A stretch of DNA of 61,346 bases from Ignavibacteria bacterium (GCA_016178625.1 JACOSX010000136.1:1-61346), one strand, 5' to 3'; shown: positions 10,081 to 20,230, counted from the first letter of the stretch. Notes: generated from the sequence alone by a model not told the origin. A program made the numbers and translations.

Positions 10081-10668
10081 ATGCCAAATGCAAAAGTAAA
10101 AAATCAAAGTGTTCCTCGCTTCCGTCCTCTCTCAGTTTTACACCCACTGTTCTTTGTTCTCAGCTTCGTGCTGCTTCTCGGCTGCGAAGAAAAGATCAAA
10201 CCCTCAGTTGCTTCGACGGGTCTTGGGCAGGACGTTCCGACGCAGGAAAGCTGGAGCGCTACGATTACCTTCACCGACTCGGGGAGAGTGACCGCCATTC
10301 TCCGAGCGGGACATATTGCAATGTTTGCTGAGAAAAGGTACACCCGCTTGGACTCCAACATCGTCGTGGATTTCTTCGATGAGCATGAGCGCCATACCTC
10401 TATTCTCACGGCAGCTCGCGGACAAGTCAATGATGTCACACATGACTTTGAAGCCCACGAAAATGTGGTTGTAGTTTCCGACAGCGGTACGACACTCAAG
10501 ACAGAAGATCTCTACTGGACGAACATCACGCAGAAAGTCCATACACCATCCTATGTTGATATTACCTCACCGACGGAACACATCAACGGCCAAGGGTTTG
10601 AATCCGACCAGGGATTGAAGCATTACACGATTTTTAAGGTGACTGGTCAAGCAAAGCCGAATGAGTAA
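10081..10668 (+). CDS. lptC: LPS export ABC transporter periplasmic protein LptC
   Basis: Lipobox-like LLGC; beta-jellyroll pattern (TLKTEDLYW, INGQGFESD); position between kdsD and lptA/lptB. Confidence 0.8.
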   Translation: MPNAKVKNQSVPRFRPLSVLHPLFFVLSFVLLLGCEEKIKPSVASTGLGQDVPTQESWSATITFTDSGRVTAILRAGHIAMFAEKRYTRLDSNIVVDFFDEHERHTSILTAARGQVNDVTHDFEAHENVVVVSDSGTTLKTEDLYWTNITQKVHTPSYVDITSPTEHINGQGFESDQGLKHYTIFKVTGQAKPNE

Positions 10669-11968
10669 CAGGTCGTTCATCGCCATGCATCAGTGCGAGC
10701 GGGTTGCCTATCAGCTTATTTTGCTGATGATGCTCTCGGTGCCGACGTTTGGCCAGCGGGATAAAGATGTTATTGTGCTCGAACATGCCGATAGTCTCGT
10801 GGGCATGGAGATCAACGGTGAGCGCGCTCGTGAATTGATCGGACATGTGCGGTTCAGACAAGGAACGACGATGGTAAACTGTGAGCGCGCCACCCAATAC
10901 CTCACAAGCAACAAGGTATCCTTTGATGGCGTAGTCGAGGTGCATGACGATACGCTGAGAATGGTCGGGCAGCGAGGGATGTATTATGGAGACACGAAAG
11001 TTGCAGAAGCATTTGATCGTGTGATGTTGGAAGACCGCACAACAGTTCTCCGGGCAGCATATGGAAAATATTTCATCAAGGAGAAGAAGGCATATTTCAA
11101 GACAAATGTCTTCGTCGAGGACACAACATCGGAGTTGACGGCAGACGAGCTAACCTATTTCCGTGAGGAGGAGAAGTCGATTGCCATAGGGCATGTGAAG
11201 GTTGTCAATGCCAAAAACAATATCACCATCCTCGGAAACCATTTTGAAAATTTCAAGAAAGAGAAATACAGTAAAGTCACCGAACAACCCAAAGTTATCC
11301 AAATCGACACGAGCGGAGGAAAGAGCGACACGTTACTCGTCACCAGCGTCATTATGGAATCGTACCAGGATTCCCTTGAACGTCTCGTTGCGACCGACAG
11401 TGTTAAGATCATCCGCAGCGGACTTGCTGCCGAAGCTGGGGTGAGTATCTACTTGACAAACCGCGATAGCATCGTTCTCAACCGCTCGCCGATCGTGTGG
11501 TATACAACTGAGAAGCTGGAAGACAACCAGGTGTCGGGCGATTCCATCGCCATCAAGCTCAAGAAACGAAAGCTGGAAACGGTGTATGTCCGCGGAAGAG
11601 CATTCGCCATTTCTAACACCGATACGGCGTACCCAAAGCGATTCAACCAGATGTCGGGGCGAGAGATCATCCTTCATTTTGCAAACGACAAGATTCAGCA
11701 GATCAGGGTCAATACTACTGCCACAAGTCTCTATTATTTATTCGAGAAGAGAAAAGGGAATGGAATGAACAAGACGACAGGTGATCGTGTTGTCATGTCG
11801 TTCGTTGACGGAAAAATGGATAAGATCAATGTGATCGCAGGAGTGGAAGGACAGTACTTCCCTGAAAAACTCGTTAAAGGAAGGGAGAGCGAATATAACC
11901 TGCAGGGTTTTAACTGGCGCGAGAACAGACCGGGAAGAGAGCAACAACAAGTCGAAAGTAAAAAGTAA
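10661..11968 (+). CDS. OstA/LptA-like extended beta-jellyroll LPS transport protein
   Basis: Signal peptide; repeated OstA-like strands (LEHADSL, GHVRFRQG, LTADELTY); lies between lptC and lptB. Confidence 0.8.
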   Translation: MSNRSFIAMHQCERVAYQLILLMMLSVPTFGQRDKDVIVLEHADSLVGMEINGERARELIGHVRFRQGTTMVNCERATQYLTSNKVSFDGVVEVHDDTLRMVGQRGMYYGDTKVAEAFDRVMLEDRTTVLRAAYGKYFIKEKKAYFKTNVFVEDTTSELTADELTYFREEEKSIAIGHVKVVNAKNNITILGNHFENFKKEKYSKVTEQPKVIQIDTSGGKSDTLLVTSVIMESYQDSLERLVATDSVKIIRSGLAAEAGVSIYLTNRDSIVLNRSPIVWYTTEKLEDNQVSGDSIAIKLKKRKLETVYVRGRAFAISNTDTAYPKRFNQMSGREIILHFANDKIQQIRVNTTATSLYYLFEKRKGNGMNKTTGDRVVMSFVDGKMDKINVIAGVEGQYFPEKLVKGRESEYNLQGFNWRENRPGREQQQVESKK

Positions 11969-12050
11969 AAAATTTAAAAAGATATCGTACTCAATCTTTT
12001 CCCCACCAAACTTTTATTAGTGGCGTTAAAATAGTATATTGCTTTCACCA

Positions 12051-12851
12051 ATGAACGATCGAACGGAACAGCATTCCCAGACTGAAGCGACTCCTCGGTC
12101 CTCTGCACTAATGGGGCAAGGAGTTCTCCGCTCTGAGGGTTTGCAGAAGAAGTATAAGAAACGACTCGTGGTGAACAATGTCACCGTCGATGTTCGGCAG
12201 GGTGAGGTTGTGGGATTGCTCGGTCCGAACGGAGCAGGGAAAACGACGACGTTCTACATGATTGTGGGCATGATCCGACCGAACGGAGGGAGAGTGTATC
12301 TCAATGATACCGAGATCACGAAAGAACCGATGTTCAAGCGTGCAAGGATGGGGATCGGTTATCTTTCACAAGAGGCATCCGTGTTCCGGAAATTGACGGT
12401 GAGGGAAAACATCCTCGCAGTCCTCGAGATGATGAAGCTGTCGCGCACTGATCGCGAGGTGCGCTGTGAGCAGTTGATGAAAGACTTCGGCATTACACAG
12501 ATCGCAGACAGCAAAGGCTACATGCTCTCGGGCGGTGAGCGCCGGCGGACGGAGATTGCTCGCTCTCTTGCCACCCAGCCGAAGTTTATTTTGCTCGATG
12601 AGCCGTTCGCCGGCATCGACCCGATCGCCGTTGAAGACATCATGCGCATCGTGCACGATCTGAAGAACCGCGGCATCGGAGTGCTCGTCACCGACCACAA
12701 TGTGCACGAGACACTTTCCATCACCGACCGCTCCTACTTGCTTTTCGAAGGGAAGATCATTAAATCCGGCTCAGCTGAATATCTTGCCAACGACCCCGAA
12801 GCGCGGCGGTTGTATTTGGGTGAGAAATTTAAGCTTGATAGGTACGAGTGA
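12051..12851 (+). CDS. lptB: LPS export ABC transporter ATP-binding protein
   Basis: [37 protein letters not shown] and YLGEKF motifs. Confidence 0.97.
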   Translation: MNDRTEQHSQTEATPRSSALMGQGVLRSEGLQKKYKKRLVVNNVTVDVRQGEVVGLLGPNGAGKTTTFYMIVGMIRPNGGRVYLNDTEITKEPMFKRARMGIGYLSQEASVFRKLTVRENILAVLEMMKLSRTDREVRCEQLMKDFGITQIADSKGYMLSGGERRRTEIARSLATQPKFILLDEPFAGIDPIAVEDIMRIVHDLKNRGIGVLVTDHNVHETLSITDRSYLLFEGKIIKSGSAEYLANDPEARRLYLGEKFKLDRYE

Positions 12852-12919
12852 CATCATCCTAAAAGAGTCCGTACCCATTTAAGGTATCGGTCAGTTCAAC
12901 ATGTTATTGCAAGATATCT

Positions 12920-13714
12920 TCATTCCTTCTCCATCTCATCAAACATCTTCGACTTCACCTTCTTGTATCCCGCTGGCACCTCGAACTCGCTTGCCGGTGT
13001 TGATCGTTTCTCGATTTTGGTGACGGTTGATGTCAAACCTTGTCCAAACTGAGTTTGAATGGGGAAGCCTTGAAGGTCTTTCATCCCTTCAGCTAATCCT
13101 TTGCCGCCCATCGGGTTGAGCGCCGCCATCCGGCTCTTGAATTCCTCTAAGTCTTTCCTCATGTCATCAAATGCTTTCACGTCTTTCGATGTCCAGAGCG
13201 TCATAAGTTCTTTGCCGTCTTGTTTCACGAGATACTCTTCGCAAACATAGCCGCTGATCGTTTTCTTCTCACCTGTGGCTGAGATTTCAACTTTTGTATC
13301 CTTTCCCTTGCCGGGCATTTTGTTGCCCATCATCTGCTCGACCATCTTCCGTTGCTCTTCGGGCATGTCCTTAAGTTTCTCTTCCATCTCTGCCATCTTT
13401 TCGTCCATCTTGCCGACGGCTTTCTTCATGGTGGCTTCGAGCTCAGTGAATGTCATCTCGGAATACGTCTTGTCTTTATTGTTCACGGTGATCATGAGCT
13501 GCTTATCGAGGCGAACGATCGTCGTTCCGTCCGATCCTTCGCGAACTTCTTTGAACATTTTCGGCATGTAGAACGATTTGGAGGTTCTTTCTTTTCCTCC
13601 CATCATAGAACCGGTCATCGTGCTTTCCCAATACAACCCCTGGCCGTAGACGGTTACAGAGATGAGGATGGATAAACACCATACCGCAGCGTACTGTACA
13701 ATGGTAAGCTTCAT
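12920..13714 (-). CDS. DUF4412-domain secreted protein
   Basis: Signal peptide starting at MKLTIV (AAAGGA SD upstream); TGEKKTISGYVCEEY, GFPIQ and FEVPAGYK motifs. Confidence 0.75.
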   Translation of the reverse strand: MKLTIVQYAAVWCLSILISVTVYGQGLYWESTMTGSMMGGKERTSKSFYMPKMFKEVREGSDGTTIVRLDKQLMITVNNKDKTYSEMTFTELEATMKKAVGKMDEKMAEMEEKLKDMPEEQRKMVEQMMGNKMPGKGKDTKVEISATGEKKTISGYVCEEYLVKQDGKELMTLWTSKDVKAFDDMRKDLEEFKSRMAALNPMGGKGLAEGMKDLQGFPIQTQFGQGLTSTVTKIEKRSTPASEFEVPAGYKKVKSKMFDEMEKE

Positions 13715-13782
13715 AAGAAATCCTTTCATCAATGTGATGTGTTGAGGTGATACATACGTCCGTTGAAACAACTTGGTAATAG

Positions 13783-14310
13783 TTACTTCCAACCCATTCT
13801 GTCTTTGAGAGAGGTAATGTGTGCAACATGGTGCCTGCCATGCCAGGCGTACAACTGAAGGAGCGTGTGAACCTTCATGATGCCGTACTCAGGATGGTTA
13901 AGCGTTCGGTCAAAGTCTGACGGTTTCAGCGACTTGAGAAACATGACCCAGCGTGTGTGAAGTGGCTCCAACAGCGTGAGGGAAGTTTCAATTGGTGCGT
14001 CGCGCGCATCGTGCAGCTCAGCCCACAAATTTTCGTGATAGGTCTTGATGTTCGGCTGCTCCTCGGTCAGTGCGAGCTTGAAGCGGATGTACGCGTTCAA
14101 ATGACTGTCAGGAAGATGATGCACAACTTGCCTCACCGTCCAACCGGCATCACGGTACGGTGTGTTAAGCTGGTCTTCCGATAATCCTGTGACTGCTGAT
14201 CGAAGCTTCATCGGTGCTTCTGCAATTTCACGGATACATTGCTCGCGTTGCCCATCGGTGATTGATTCTTGTGGTTGAAATTTCCCCACCGGATAACGAA
14301 GATCAGTCAT
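13783..14310 (-). CDS. YfiT/BstA-type DinB-superfamily (bacillithiol) transferase
   Basis: DLRYPVG, TPYRDAGWTVRQVVHHLPDSH and YAWHGRHHVAHI motifs. Confidence 0.9.
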   Translation of the reverse strand: MTDLRYPVGKFQPQESITDGQREQCIREIAEAPMKLRSAVTGLSEDQLNTPYRDAGWTVRQVVHHLPDSHLNAYIRFKLALTEEQPNIKTYHENLWAELHDARDAPIETSLTLLEPLHTRWVMFLKSLKPSDFDRTLNHPEYGIMKVHTLLQLYAWHGRHHVAHITSLKDRMGWK

Positions 14311-14384
14311 CTCGTTTCCCTTAATGATGTTGAAGTGAATGGTCTTTGCATGGGGTAGTGCATCAATTCAAGAAAAACATTTCA

Positions 14385-14517
14385 GTGGGACAGGCATTCT
14401 CTACGAGTCCCCACGGGTCTATCGACCCGAAGGGTCGTAGACTTCGACTCGATAGAGTCGTAGACTTGCCTGTCAGACAGGTCCCGAAGGGATGGCTTCG
14501 CCAAATGTCTGACCTAC
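14385..14517. repeat. Nested REP-like palindrome cluster, copy A
   Basis: GTGGGACAGGCATT...GCCTGTC unit plus an inverted GTAGGTCAGAC unit; matches the reverse complement of 57251-57379; inner module recurs at about 40033-40066. Confidence 0.8.
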
Positions 14518-14890
14518 CAAGAACCAAACTGATGCACTACCCTGAATGTCATAGTGTAGCAATAATGATGTACATTGTCAAACGTGGCGCGGTTCATAGA
14601 GTAGGTCACCGATCGATCGTTACACCCCCGCTGGAAGCCTGGGTCGTCATCAATGAAGTGACTTCTTCTTTGTTTCCGATTCGCAAGAGATTGATATTGC
14701 GAGATTTTCCTGCGTGGGTTCTGATATGATGATCGTGCTCATCAAACTATTCCTGTGACTGATGAGATGGATAATGGCAAGAATGTAATAATAACGCGGT
14801 AAATTACCAATGAGAAGTGAGAGAAAATCTGATATATACCGTGGAATCAAAACTCTGCAACGTGTTTGGCAACTGCGTTGGCAAAGAGTT

Positions 14891-15085
14891 CTACAAGGGA
14901 ATATGGCTCTCCTCTTTTTCGAGACTTTCAATGACTCGCTTGAGGAACTGTCCTTTCTCCTTCAGTTTCTCACGGTAGTTCATCAGTTCCGTTCCCGCGA
15001 TCTCCATCCGTAGGTCGGAAAAATCGTTCAGAAGAATTTCACGAAGTGTCTGGGATTCTTCTTTCGTTAGCGTAAGTTGAATCAT
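14891..15085 (-). CDS. Small hypothetical protein (64 aa)
   Basis: GAGGAG SD upstream of ATG; amphipathic helical composition (DLRMEIAGT...YREKLKE). Confidence 0.65.
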   Translation of the reverse strand: MIQLTLTKEESQTLREILLNDFSDLRMEIAGTELMNYREKLKEKGQFLKRVIESLEKEESHIPL

Positions 15086-15255
15086 GGTTGTCTCCTCTGA
15101 ATATGGTTATCATTGCCAGATGATCAGGTGTTTATGTGTCTGGCTCTCTATGCAACAGAACAACATACGGGAGGTTCTTGTTCCGAGGGAGGACTGTGGA
15201 CGGATGAATAATGACGGAGGTCAAGCCCATCGCCCGACCTTCGCTCGGTACTCAT

Positions 15256-17904
15256 TCACTTGTTTTTGGAAAGGAGCTTGCATGCTTCAACGAGCCTGAT
15301 GAACTCCGCTCGATAACCTTGAAGGTCCGTCCCTGTGGAATTCTTTGCCGAGGTGATCACGTGCTCGTACGTCGATGTCCCTTTGAACTTTGAATCCCTC
15401 AAGAGCATACCGAACTCTGCGACAGAGGCGGCGAAGCGCAAGTTCTCGGACGCTCTCTCAAGGTCTTCTGTGTTATCCTTGAGAGCGTTTACCATGAGCT
15501 TGCTTGTGGTGTCGGTCGGTGGTTTGTACCGCAGCTTCACTGTAAGCATTTCATTCGATCGCTCTGCATCGGACGTGATCTGAACATTCTGATATTTCAG
15601 TGAGTCGATTGTCGGAAGATCCACCGTGCCGTCGGCAGGCACGATCTCATACAGTGCGGTCACAGTATGACCCGATCCTAACTCTCCGGCGTCTTTCTTG
15701 TCATCATTGAAGTCCTCCTTGGCAAGCAGACGATCTTCGTAACCGATCAATCGATATGCCTTCACCTTCGAGGGATTAAATTCGATCTGAATCTTAACGT
15801 CCTTTGCAATGGTATAGAGCGTACCAGCCATCTGTCCGACGAACACTTTCTTGGCTTCCTGGATATTGTCGATGTACGCGTAGTTGCCGTTCCCTTTATC
15901 GGCAAGCTTCTCCATCTTCGAATCTTTGTAGTTGCCCATGCCGAACCCGAGGACGGAAAGGTAAACGCCTTCGTTGCGTTGTTCTTCGATGATGCGAACG
16001 AGTTCGCCATCGCTGGAGACGCCGACGTTGAAATCACCATCGGTCGCGAGGATTACCCGGTTGTTACCGTCCTTTTTGAAATTCTCCTTGGCGACCTTGT
16101 ACGCAAGCTTGATACCCGCCCCTCCGGCAGTCGAACCACCCGCTTCAAGATTATCAATCGCCTGCATAATGGTTGCCTTCTCGCTCCCCGACGTTGAGGG
16201 AAGAACGAGTCCGGGGCTACCCGCATACACGACAATCGAGACTCTATCTCTGTCTCGCAGTTGATCGACGAGGAGGCGGAATGCAGACTTCACGAGCGGC
16301 AACTTGTTCGGCTCATTCATCGATCCGGAGACATCGATCAGGAAGACAAGATTACTGGGAGGCAGATTCTCCAACGGGATCTTCTTTCCCTGCAAACCGA
16401 TAAGCAGCAGCTTGTCGGAGGTATTCCACGGGCACGTTGTCACTTCCGTCGTGATCGAGAACGGATGCTTATCTTTCGGCTGAGGATAATCGTATGTGAA
16501 ATAATTGATCATCTCCTCGATCCTCACGGCGTCCTTTGGTGGGAACTGACCATTGTTGATGAACCGTCGAATGTTGCTGTACGATGCCGCGTCAACATCA
16601 ATAGAGAACGTTGATAGTGGATTCTTCAGTGCGTCGAGGAATTCATTTTCGTAGATGCGGTCGTACTGCTCGGTGTTGAACTCTTGCTCACCACCAAGAC
16701 CGATATTGTGGCCTTGCTGATTTTTCTCTCCTGGTTTTCCTTGTATACTATAAGTAGGTATTCCGTCGACAAGGTACTGAACCCCATTCGTTCTTCCTTT
16801 GCGAAGGAAAAGGTTATTCCCTTGTTTGACGATTCCCGCCTGTAGTTTCAACACATCCTGAACACCCTTGGCGGATGGAATAGCTTCGATTGATCTCCCG
16901 GTGGCCTGGAGTGCTGAAATGGACATCTGGTTTACCACCGGCTTCTGTGCACTGACCGTCACGCCCATGATTGCGACCTCGCTTGTGTTCAGAGAAAAAT
17001 TTAGCGAAGTGTTCTCATTCTGCGCGACCTTGACATCTCTTGTTTCAGTCTGTGTATAGCCCACCTGAGATGCACGAATACTATACGATCCTGGAGGGAC
17101 ACCGATAATAGTATACTTCCCATCAATGTCAGTTACAGAGCCGCGTGTGGTACCAACGACAAGCACGTTCACGCCGACCAGCGGAACACCTGTCGATTTA
17201 TCGGTTATTCTGCCAACAATTTTCCCTGTTCCAATTGGACCGATCGCAGGTGGAATATTTTGCTGTAGTTGAGTAATCAACGTAAGGCTGTCGTTAGGGG
17301 TAGCTGGTGCCACAGGTTGTTCTCTCTTTGGTTGTATACCGAGAGGTTTCTTACCATGCGGGGTTTCTCTGGAAGCCAAGTACTCCGATGGTTGCCCAGG
17401 AGTTTGAACGATCTTCGGCGGAGGAAATATCTGCTGTCTCGAAGTATCTTGAGTGATCCTTGGCGAAGTTGCCTCGGTTCCCTTCCGAGTCACAATTTGT
17501 TGTTCGGGCGCTGATCGATGCAACATTATCCAGAGCACACTGGCAGTCGCCAGGAGAAGAACAATAGCAGCCGCGCGAATATACCAGGTCGACATCCGAA
17601 TTCCTTGCAGTGGTAAGCTCGGCAACGAGAAAAGTTTTCCGTTTCTCCTGTTTGCTAACCCACCTTCCACAAGCGGCTTCTCTGGTGTGCGGAGGCGTGA
17701 CTCGATGCCTGTCCATAAGTCACGTTCCGGTTGAATGCTTTGAGGCAACGAAGAGATCTTCTCTCGTAGAGCGTTAAACATCTGGAGCTCTTGCTGGCAC
17801 ATGGTGCAGCTCTGGAGATGTTGCTCGAAGGCTTTGTGCTTGTCGGGCGGAAGTTGTCCGTCGACATAGTCATCAAGCTGGTCGTGTATATGCGTGTTGT
17901 TCAT
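15256..17904 (-). CDS. Chimeric anti-sigma factor: zf-HC2, TM helix, CarboxypepD_reg-like, TonB plug-like segment and YfbK-type VWA/DUF3520
   Basis: HLQSCTMC ZAS motif; TM AAAIVLLLATASVLWIML; GKIVGRITD...TDIDGKYTI; VQYLVDGIP; PLSTFSIDVDAASY; MIDAS DVSGSM; LATDGDFNVG; AYRLIGYE. Confidence 0.85.
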   Translation of the reverse strand: MNNTHIHDQLDDYVDGQLPPDKHKAFEQHLQSCTMCQQELQMFNALREKISSLPQSIQPERDLWTGIESRLRTPEKPLVEGGLANRRNGKLFSLPSLPLQGIRMSTWYIRAAAIVLLLATASVLWIMLHRSAPEQQIVTRKGTEATSPRITQDTSRQQIFPPPKIVQTPGQPSEYLASRETPHGKKPLGIQPKREQPVAPATPNDSLTLITQLQQNIPPAIGPIGTGKIVGRITDKSTGVPLVGVNVLVVGTTRGSVTDIDGKYTIIGVPPGSYSIRASQVGYTQTETRDVKVAQNENTSLNFSLNTSEVAIMGVTVSAQKPVVNQMSISALQATGRSIEAIPSAKGVQDVLKLQAGIVKQGNNLFLRKGRTNGVQYLVDGIPTYSIQGKPGEKNQQGHNIGLGGEQEFNTEQYDRIYENEFLDALKNPLSTFSIDVDAASYSNIRRFINNGQFPPKDAVRIEEMINYFTYDYPQPKDKHPFSITTEVTTCPWNTSDKLLLIGLQGKKIPLENLPPSNLVFLIDVSGSMNEPNKLPLVKSAFRLLVDQLRDRDRVSIVVYAGSPGLVLPSTSGSEKATIMQAIDNLEAGGSTAGGAGIKLAYKVAKENFKKDGNNRVILATDGDFNVGVSSDGELVRIIEEQRNEGVYLSVLGFGMGNYKDSKMEKLADKGNGNYAYIDNIQEAKKVFVGQMAGTLYTIAKDVKIQIEFNPSKVKAYRLIGYEDRLLAKEDFNDDKKDAGELGSGHTVTALYEIVPADGTVDLPTIDSLKYQNVQITSDAERSNEMLTVKLRYKPPTDTTSKLMVNALKDNTEDLERASENLRFAASVAEFGMLLRDSKFKGTSTYEHVITSAKNSTGTDLQGYRAEFIRLVEACKLLSKNK

Positions 17905-18458
17905 CGTTGTAATCGCTCCTTCAAAAGTTTGCGCGCCCTGTGAAGCTGCGCCTTCGATGTGCCCGTCGCAAGTCCCATCATCTCAGCGATCTCGTTGTGC
18001 TGATATCCTTCGATGTCATGCAGAACGAAGATCGCCCTTGCTTGCGGTGGCAGAGAGGCAATCGCATCCTCAAGATCGATGCCTGTTGAGGGAGGTGTCG
18101 TGTGTTCGATGCTATCATAAAAATCCAGATCATCGGTAGACTCGACTCGAGCAGTGCGGCGTCGCTGTGTTCGTAGGTCAAGCAACACGACGTTCACGGC
18201 AATGCGATGAAGCCATGAAGAGAAAGCGCTTTCTCCTCTGAAGCTCCCCAACATTTCCCATGCGCGGATGAAGGCTACTTGCGTAAGCTCTTCAGCCCGT
18301 TCCGTGTTGCTGAGGATTCTCAGGCACACCGCATACACTCGCCCGACATGCTGACGGTATAGAATCTCAAAAGCTCCCTTGTCACCTGCCTGTGCACGGG
18401 AAACGATGTCTTGGTCGTCGGTCGTTATTGCACTATGTGGTTCCAACATAAGCTCCAC
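17901..18458 (-). CDS. ECF RNA polymerase sigma factor
   Basis: GDKGAFEILY, FRGESAFSSWLHRIAVN and region 4 GYQHNEIAEMMGLATGTSKAQLHRAR; stop overlaps the start of the anti-sigma gene. Confidence 0.93.
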   Translation of the reverse strand: MELMLEPHSAITTDDQDIVSRAQAGDKGAFEILYRQHVGRVYAVCLRILSNTERAEELTQVAFIRAWEMLGSFRGESAFSSWLHRIAVNVVLLDLRTQRRRTARVESTDDLDFYDSIEHTTPPSTGIDLEDAIASLPPQARAIFVLHDIEGYQHNEIAEMMGLATGTSKAQLHRARKLLKERLQR

Positions 18459-18580
18459 TGTTGCACGCGTTAAGTGTGTGTTGTGTCTTTATTGATAGGA
18501 TTCCGTCACGCATAAGAAGGTTTGAAAGGGAAAGGATGACTGTTCGGAAGTTCATCTGGATATCTTCCTGTTCTTAGAAG

Positions 18581-18609
18581 AATGTACCAAGAAAGCCTCC
18601 AACTGTCAA
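18581..18609 (-). promoter_or_regulatory. sigma70-type promoter for the ECF sigma/anti-sigma operon
   Basis: Minus strand TTGACA-N17-TACATT with a TG extension. Confidence 0.6.
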
Positions 18610-18650
18610 TACAAAGCAGGTTTGGAGTTTAATCCTATGCTCAGTGAACG

Positions 18651-18688
18651 AAAAACCCGCCCATGTCTCTTCATGCATGAGCGGGTTT
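18651..18688 (-). terminator. Probable intrinsic terminator downstream of the MOSC gene
   Basis: Stem AAACCCGC.CATG / CATG.GCGGGTTT; A-run on + strand gives a U-run on - strand. Confidence 0.55.
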
Positions 18689-18872
18689 GGTATTAGTTTA
18701 TGAGTTTTGTAAATCTGATGAAAGGTAGGATCGAACGTGAGACTGAAGGGTGATGAGTCTCACTACTCCGGCTTTCAAAGAGAAAAAAGAGAGGAAATCG
18801 TGGAGTGGAACTTCGCCTTGTTCGCAATGCATTTCTTCCCGTGCGGCCAACTAAGAGGTGGTGAAAACAATC

Positions 18873-19601
18873 TTAGTCCTCATCCAGAAATACTCGATCA
18901 CCTGCCGAGACGGTACCAACCTTCATCATAGAGGCATACACCCCCGCGCAATTCTTTTGGGAGCGGGCGATCGTCTTGAGCACACGAGGCTCTGCGACAG
19001 CAGTCTCAGGGTCGAGATTCACCATCACGCATCGCACATCCTGTATCGTGATGCGGACCGCAGGCGATTGAGCATGATCGCCCAGCACAAGCGTCTTGCC
19101 GATCCATGTAGCTTCCAGTACGGGCGCGTTATTGATTGACTCGATGAGGAGATTGGGGCGAAACCGGCGCGCATCCAAGCTGCAGCCCGATTCCGTTTCG
19201 AGATTCTTGATGGTTGTCGTGCTGATCAGGGAAACGGGCGAGTCGTCAAAGATGCCGTTGTCCACGCGGATCAACGTGATGTCTGTGCCATACGCCGCGA
19301 TGAGTTGTTGACGCAATGACTCGCTTTCCACCTCGACATCAATGCCGTCCGGAGTACGCACGCGCACGGATGGAGACAATGCATCGCCGGCATCAGTGTG
19401 GTAGGCTTTATACCGGATGAGTTCCGGCATCTTGCTGGCAGTGAGCCACGGAAAACCGCTCATGTTTCCTGCCCGCACGAACGCAAAGCGGCGATCGCCG
19501 TTGATGCCATGCCAGCCGAGTTCGGCTGATGTGAGCTGCTCACCCGCCATCGATTTGACAGGATAACGGAAGATGGATTTGATGGTGCCGACTTGGTGCA
19601 T
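18873..19601 (-). CDS. MOSC domain protein
   Basis: IFRYPVKSMAGE, GDRRFA, RRFRPNL, RCVMVN and GVYA motifs. Confidence 0.92.
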   Translation of the reverse strand: MHQVGTIKSIFRYPVKSMAGEQLTSAELGWHGINGDRRFAFVRAGNMSGFPWLTASKMPELIRYKAYHTDAGDALSPSVRVRTPDGIDVEVESESLRQQLIAAYGTDITLIRVDNGIFDDSPVSLISTTTIKNLETESGCSLDARRFRPNLLIESINNAPVLEATWIGKTLVLGDHAQSPAVRITIQDVRCVMVNLDPETAVAEPRVLKTIARSQKNCAGVYASMMKVGTVSAGDRVFLDED

Positions 19602-19670
19602 GAGATTTATGGATGATGAGATGTTAGGTTAGCTTGCCCTGAGCGAAGTCGACAAACATTCGGCTGGATT

Positions 19671-20219
19671 TCAATGGGGTTCGGCAAGCGTGTACCCGAA
19701 CTCGTAGAAGTGCTTCCCGTCGACGATGTTGATCGTCATTTTGCCGGCGAGCCCAACGAGCTGATCGGTGCCGGAATCGGGCACGACAGTGATAATGAGT
19801 TGCGGGGTACCGCGCGTCATGGTGCCACTGTGCTGCAGTGCGAAGGTGCCTCTGCGACCATGCAGCGTTCCGATGACCCGCTCCATCGCGACGTAACCGC
19901 CCGACGAGCCTTTTACGCCCGTGCCGACGTCCAGCATCTGGCCTTTGCTGGTACCTTCCAGATCGCCGTGGAACTGCTTATCGATCGACATCCTGCCCAC
20001 GGTCGGGTCTCCGACTTTGTCGTCCTGCACCTGAGGATTCAATTTCACTTCAAACGTTCCGCTTGCATGATTCGTCACGACCGACTCCTTTTGGACTGTA
20101 TTTGGAACTGGTGAATGGGTTTGTGTGTGTGCGAAGGAGCCAAAGCCAAGGAATAGGCAGAGACCCACGATGACACCAGCCCCACCGCGAGATTTGTTTT
20201 TCATACTAGCTTTGTGCAT
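19671..20219 (-). CDS. DUF3224 family protein
   Basis: ASGTFEV, DKQFHGDLEGTS, GYVAMERV.G.L.GR.GTFALQH and VVPDSGTDQL.GL.G motifs. Confidence 0.85.
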   Translation of the reverse strand: MHKASMKNKSRGGAGVIVGLCLFLGFGSFAHTQTHSPVPNTVQKESVVTNHASGTFEVKLNPQVQDDKVGDPTVGRMSIDKQFHGDLEGTSKGQMLDVGTGVKGSSGGYVAMERVIGTLHGRRGTFALQHSGTMTRGTPQLIITVVPDSGTDQLVGLAGKMTINIVDGKHFYEFGYTLAEPH

Positions 20220-20230
20220 TCCAGTTACCT

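Noticed and set aside
14385-14517. Possible CRISPR array
   Set aside because: No regularly spaced direct repeats with unique spacers and no cas genes in the window
14346-14729. 127-aa ORF sharing LRLDRVVDLPV with 57248-57469 and GSIDP with 39825-40130
   Set aside because: The similarity comes from the nested palindromic repeats
14520-14742. Possible decayed small cupin-like gene (MSTIIISEPTQENL...)
   Set aside because: The resemblance is faint and needs several frameshifts; not supportable without a search
18715-18765. CTGATGA followed by a hairpin, as a hammerhead ribozyme
   Set aside because: No stem II closing onto GAAA in the required arrangement
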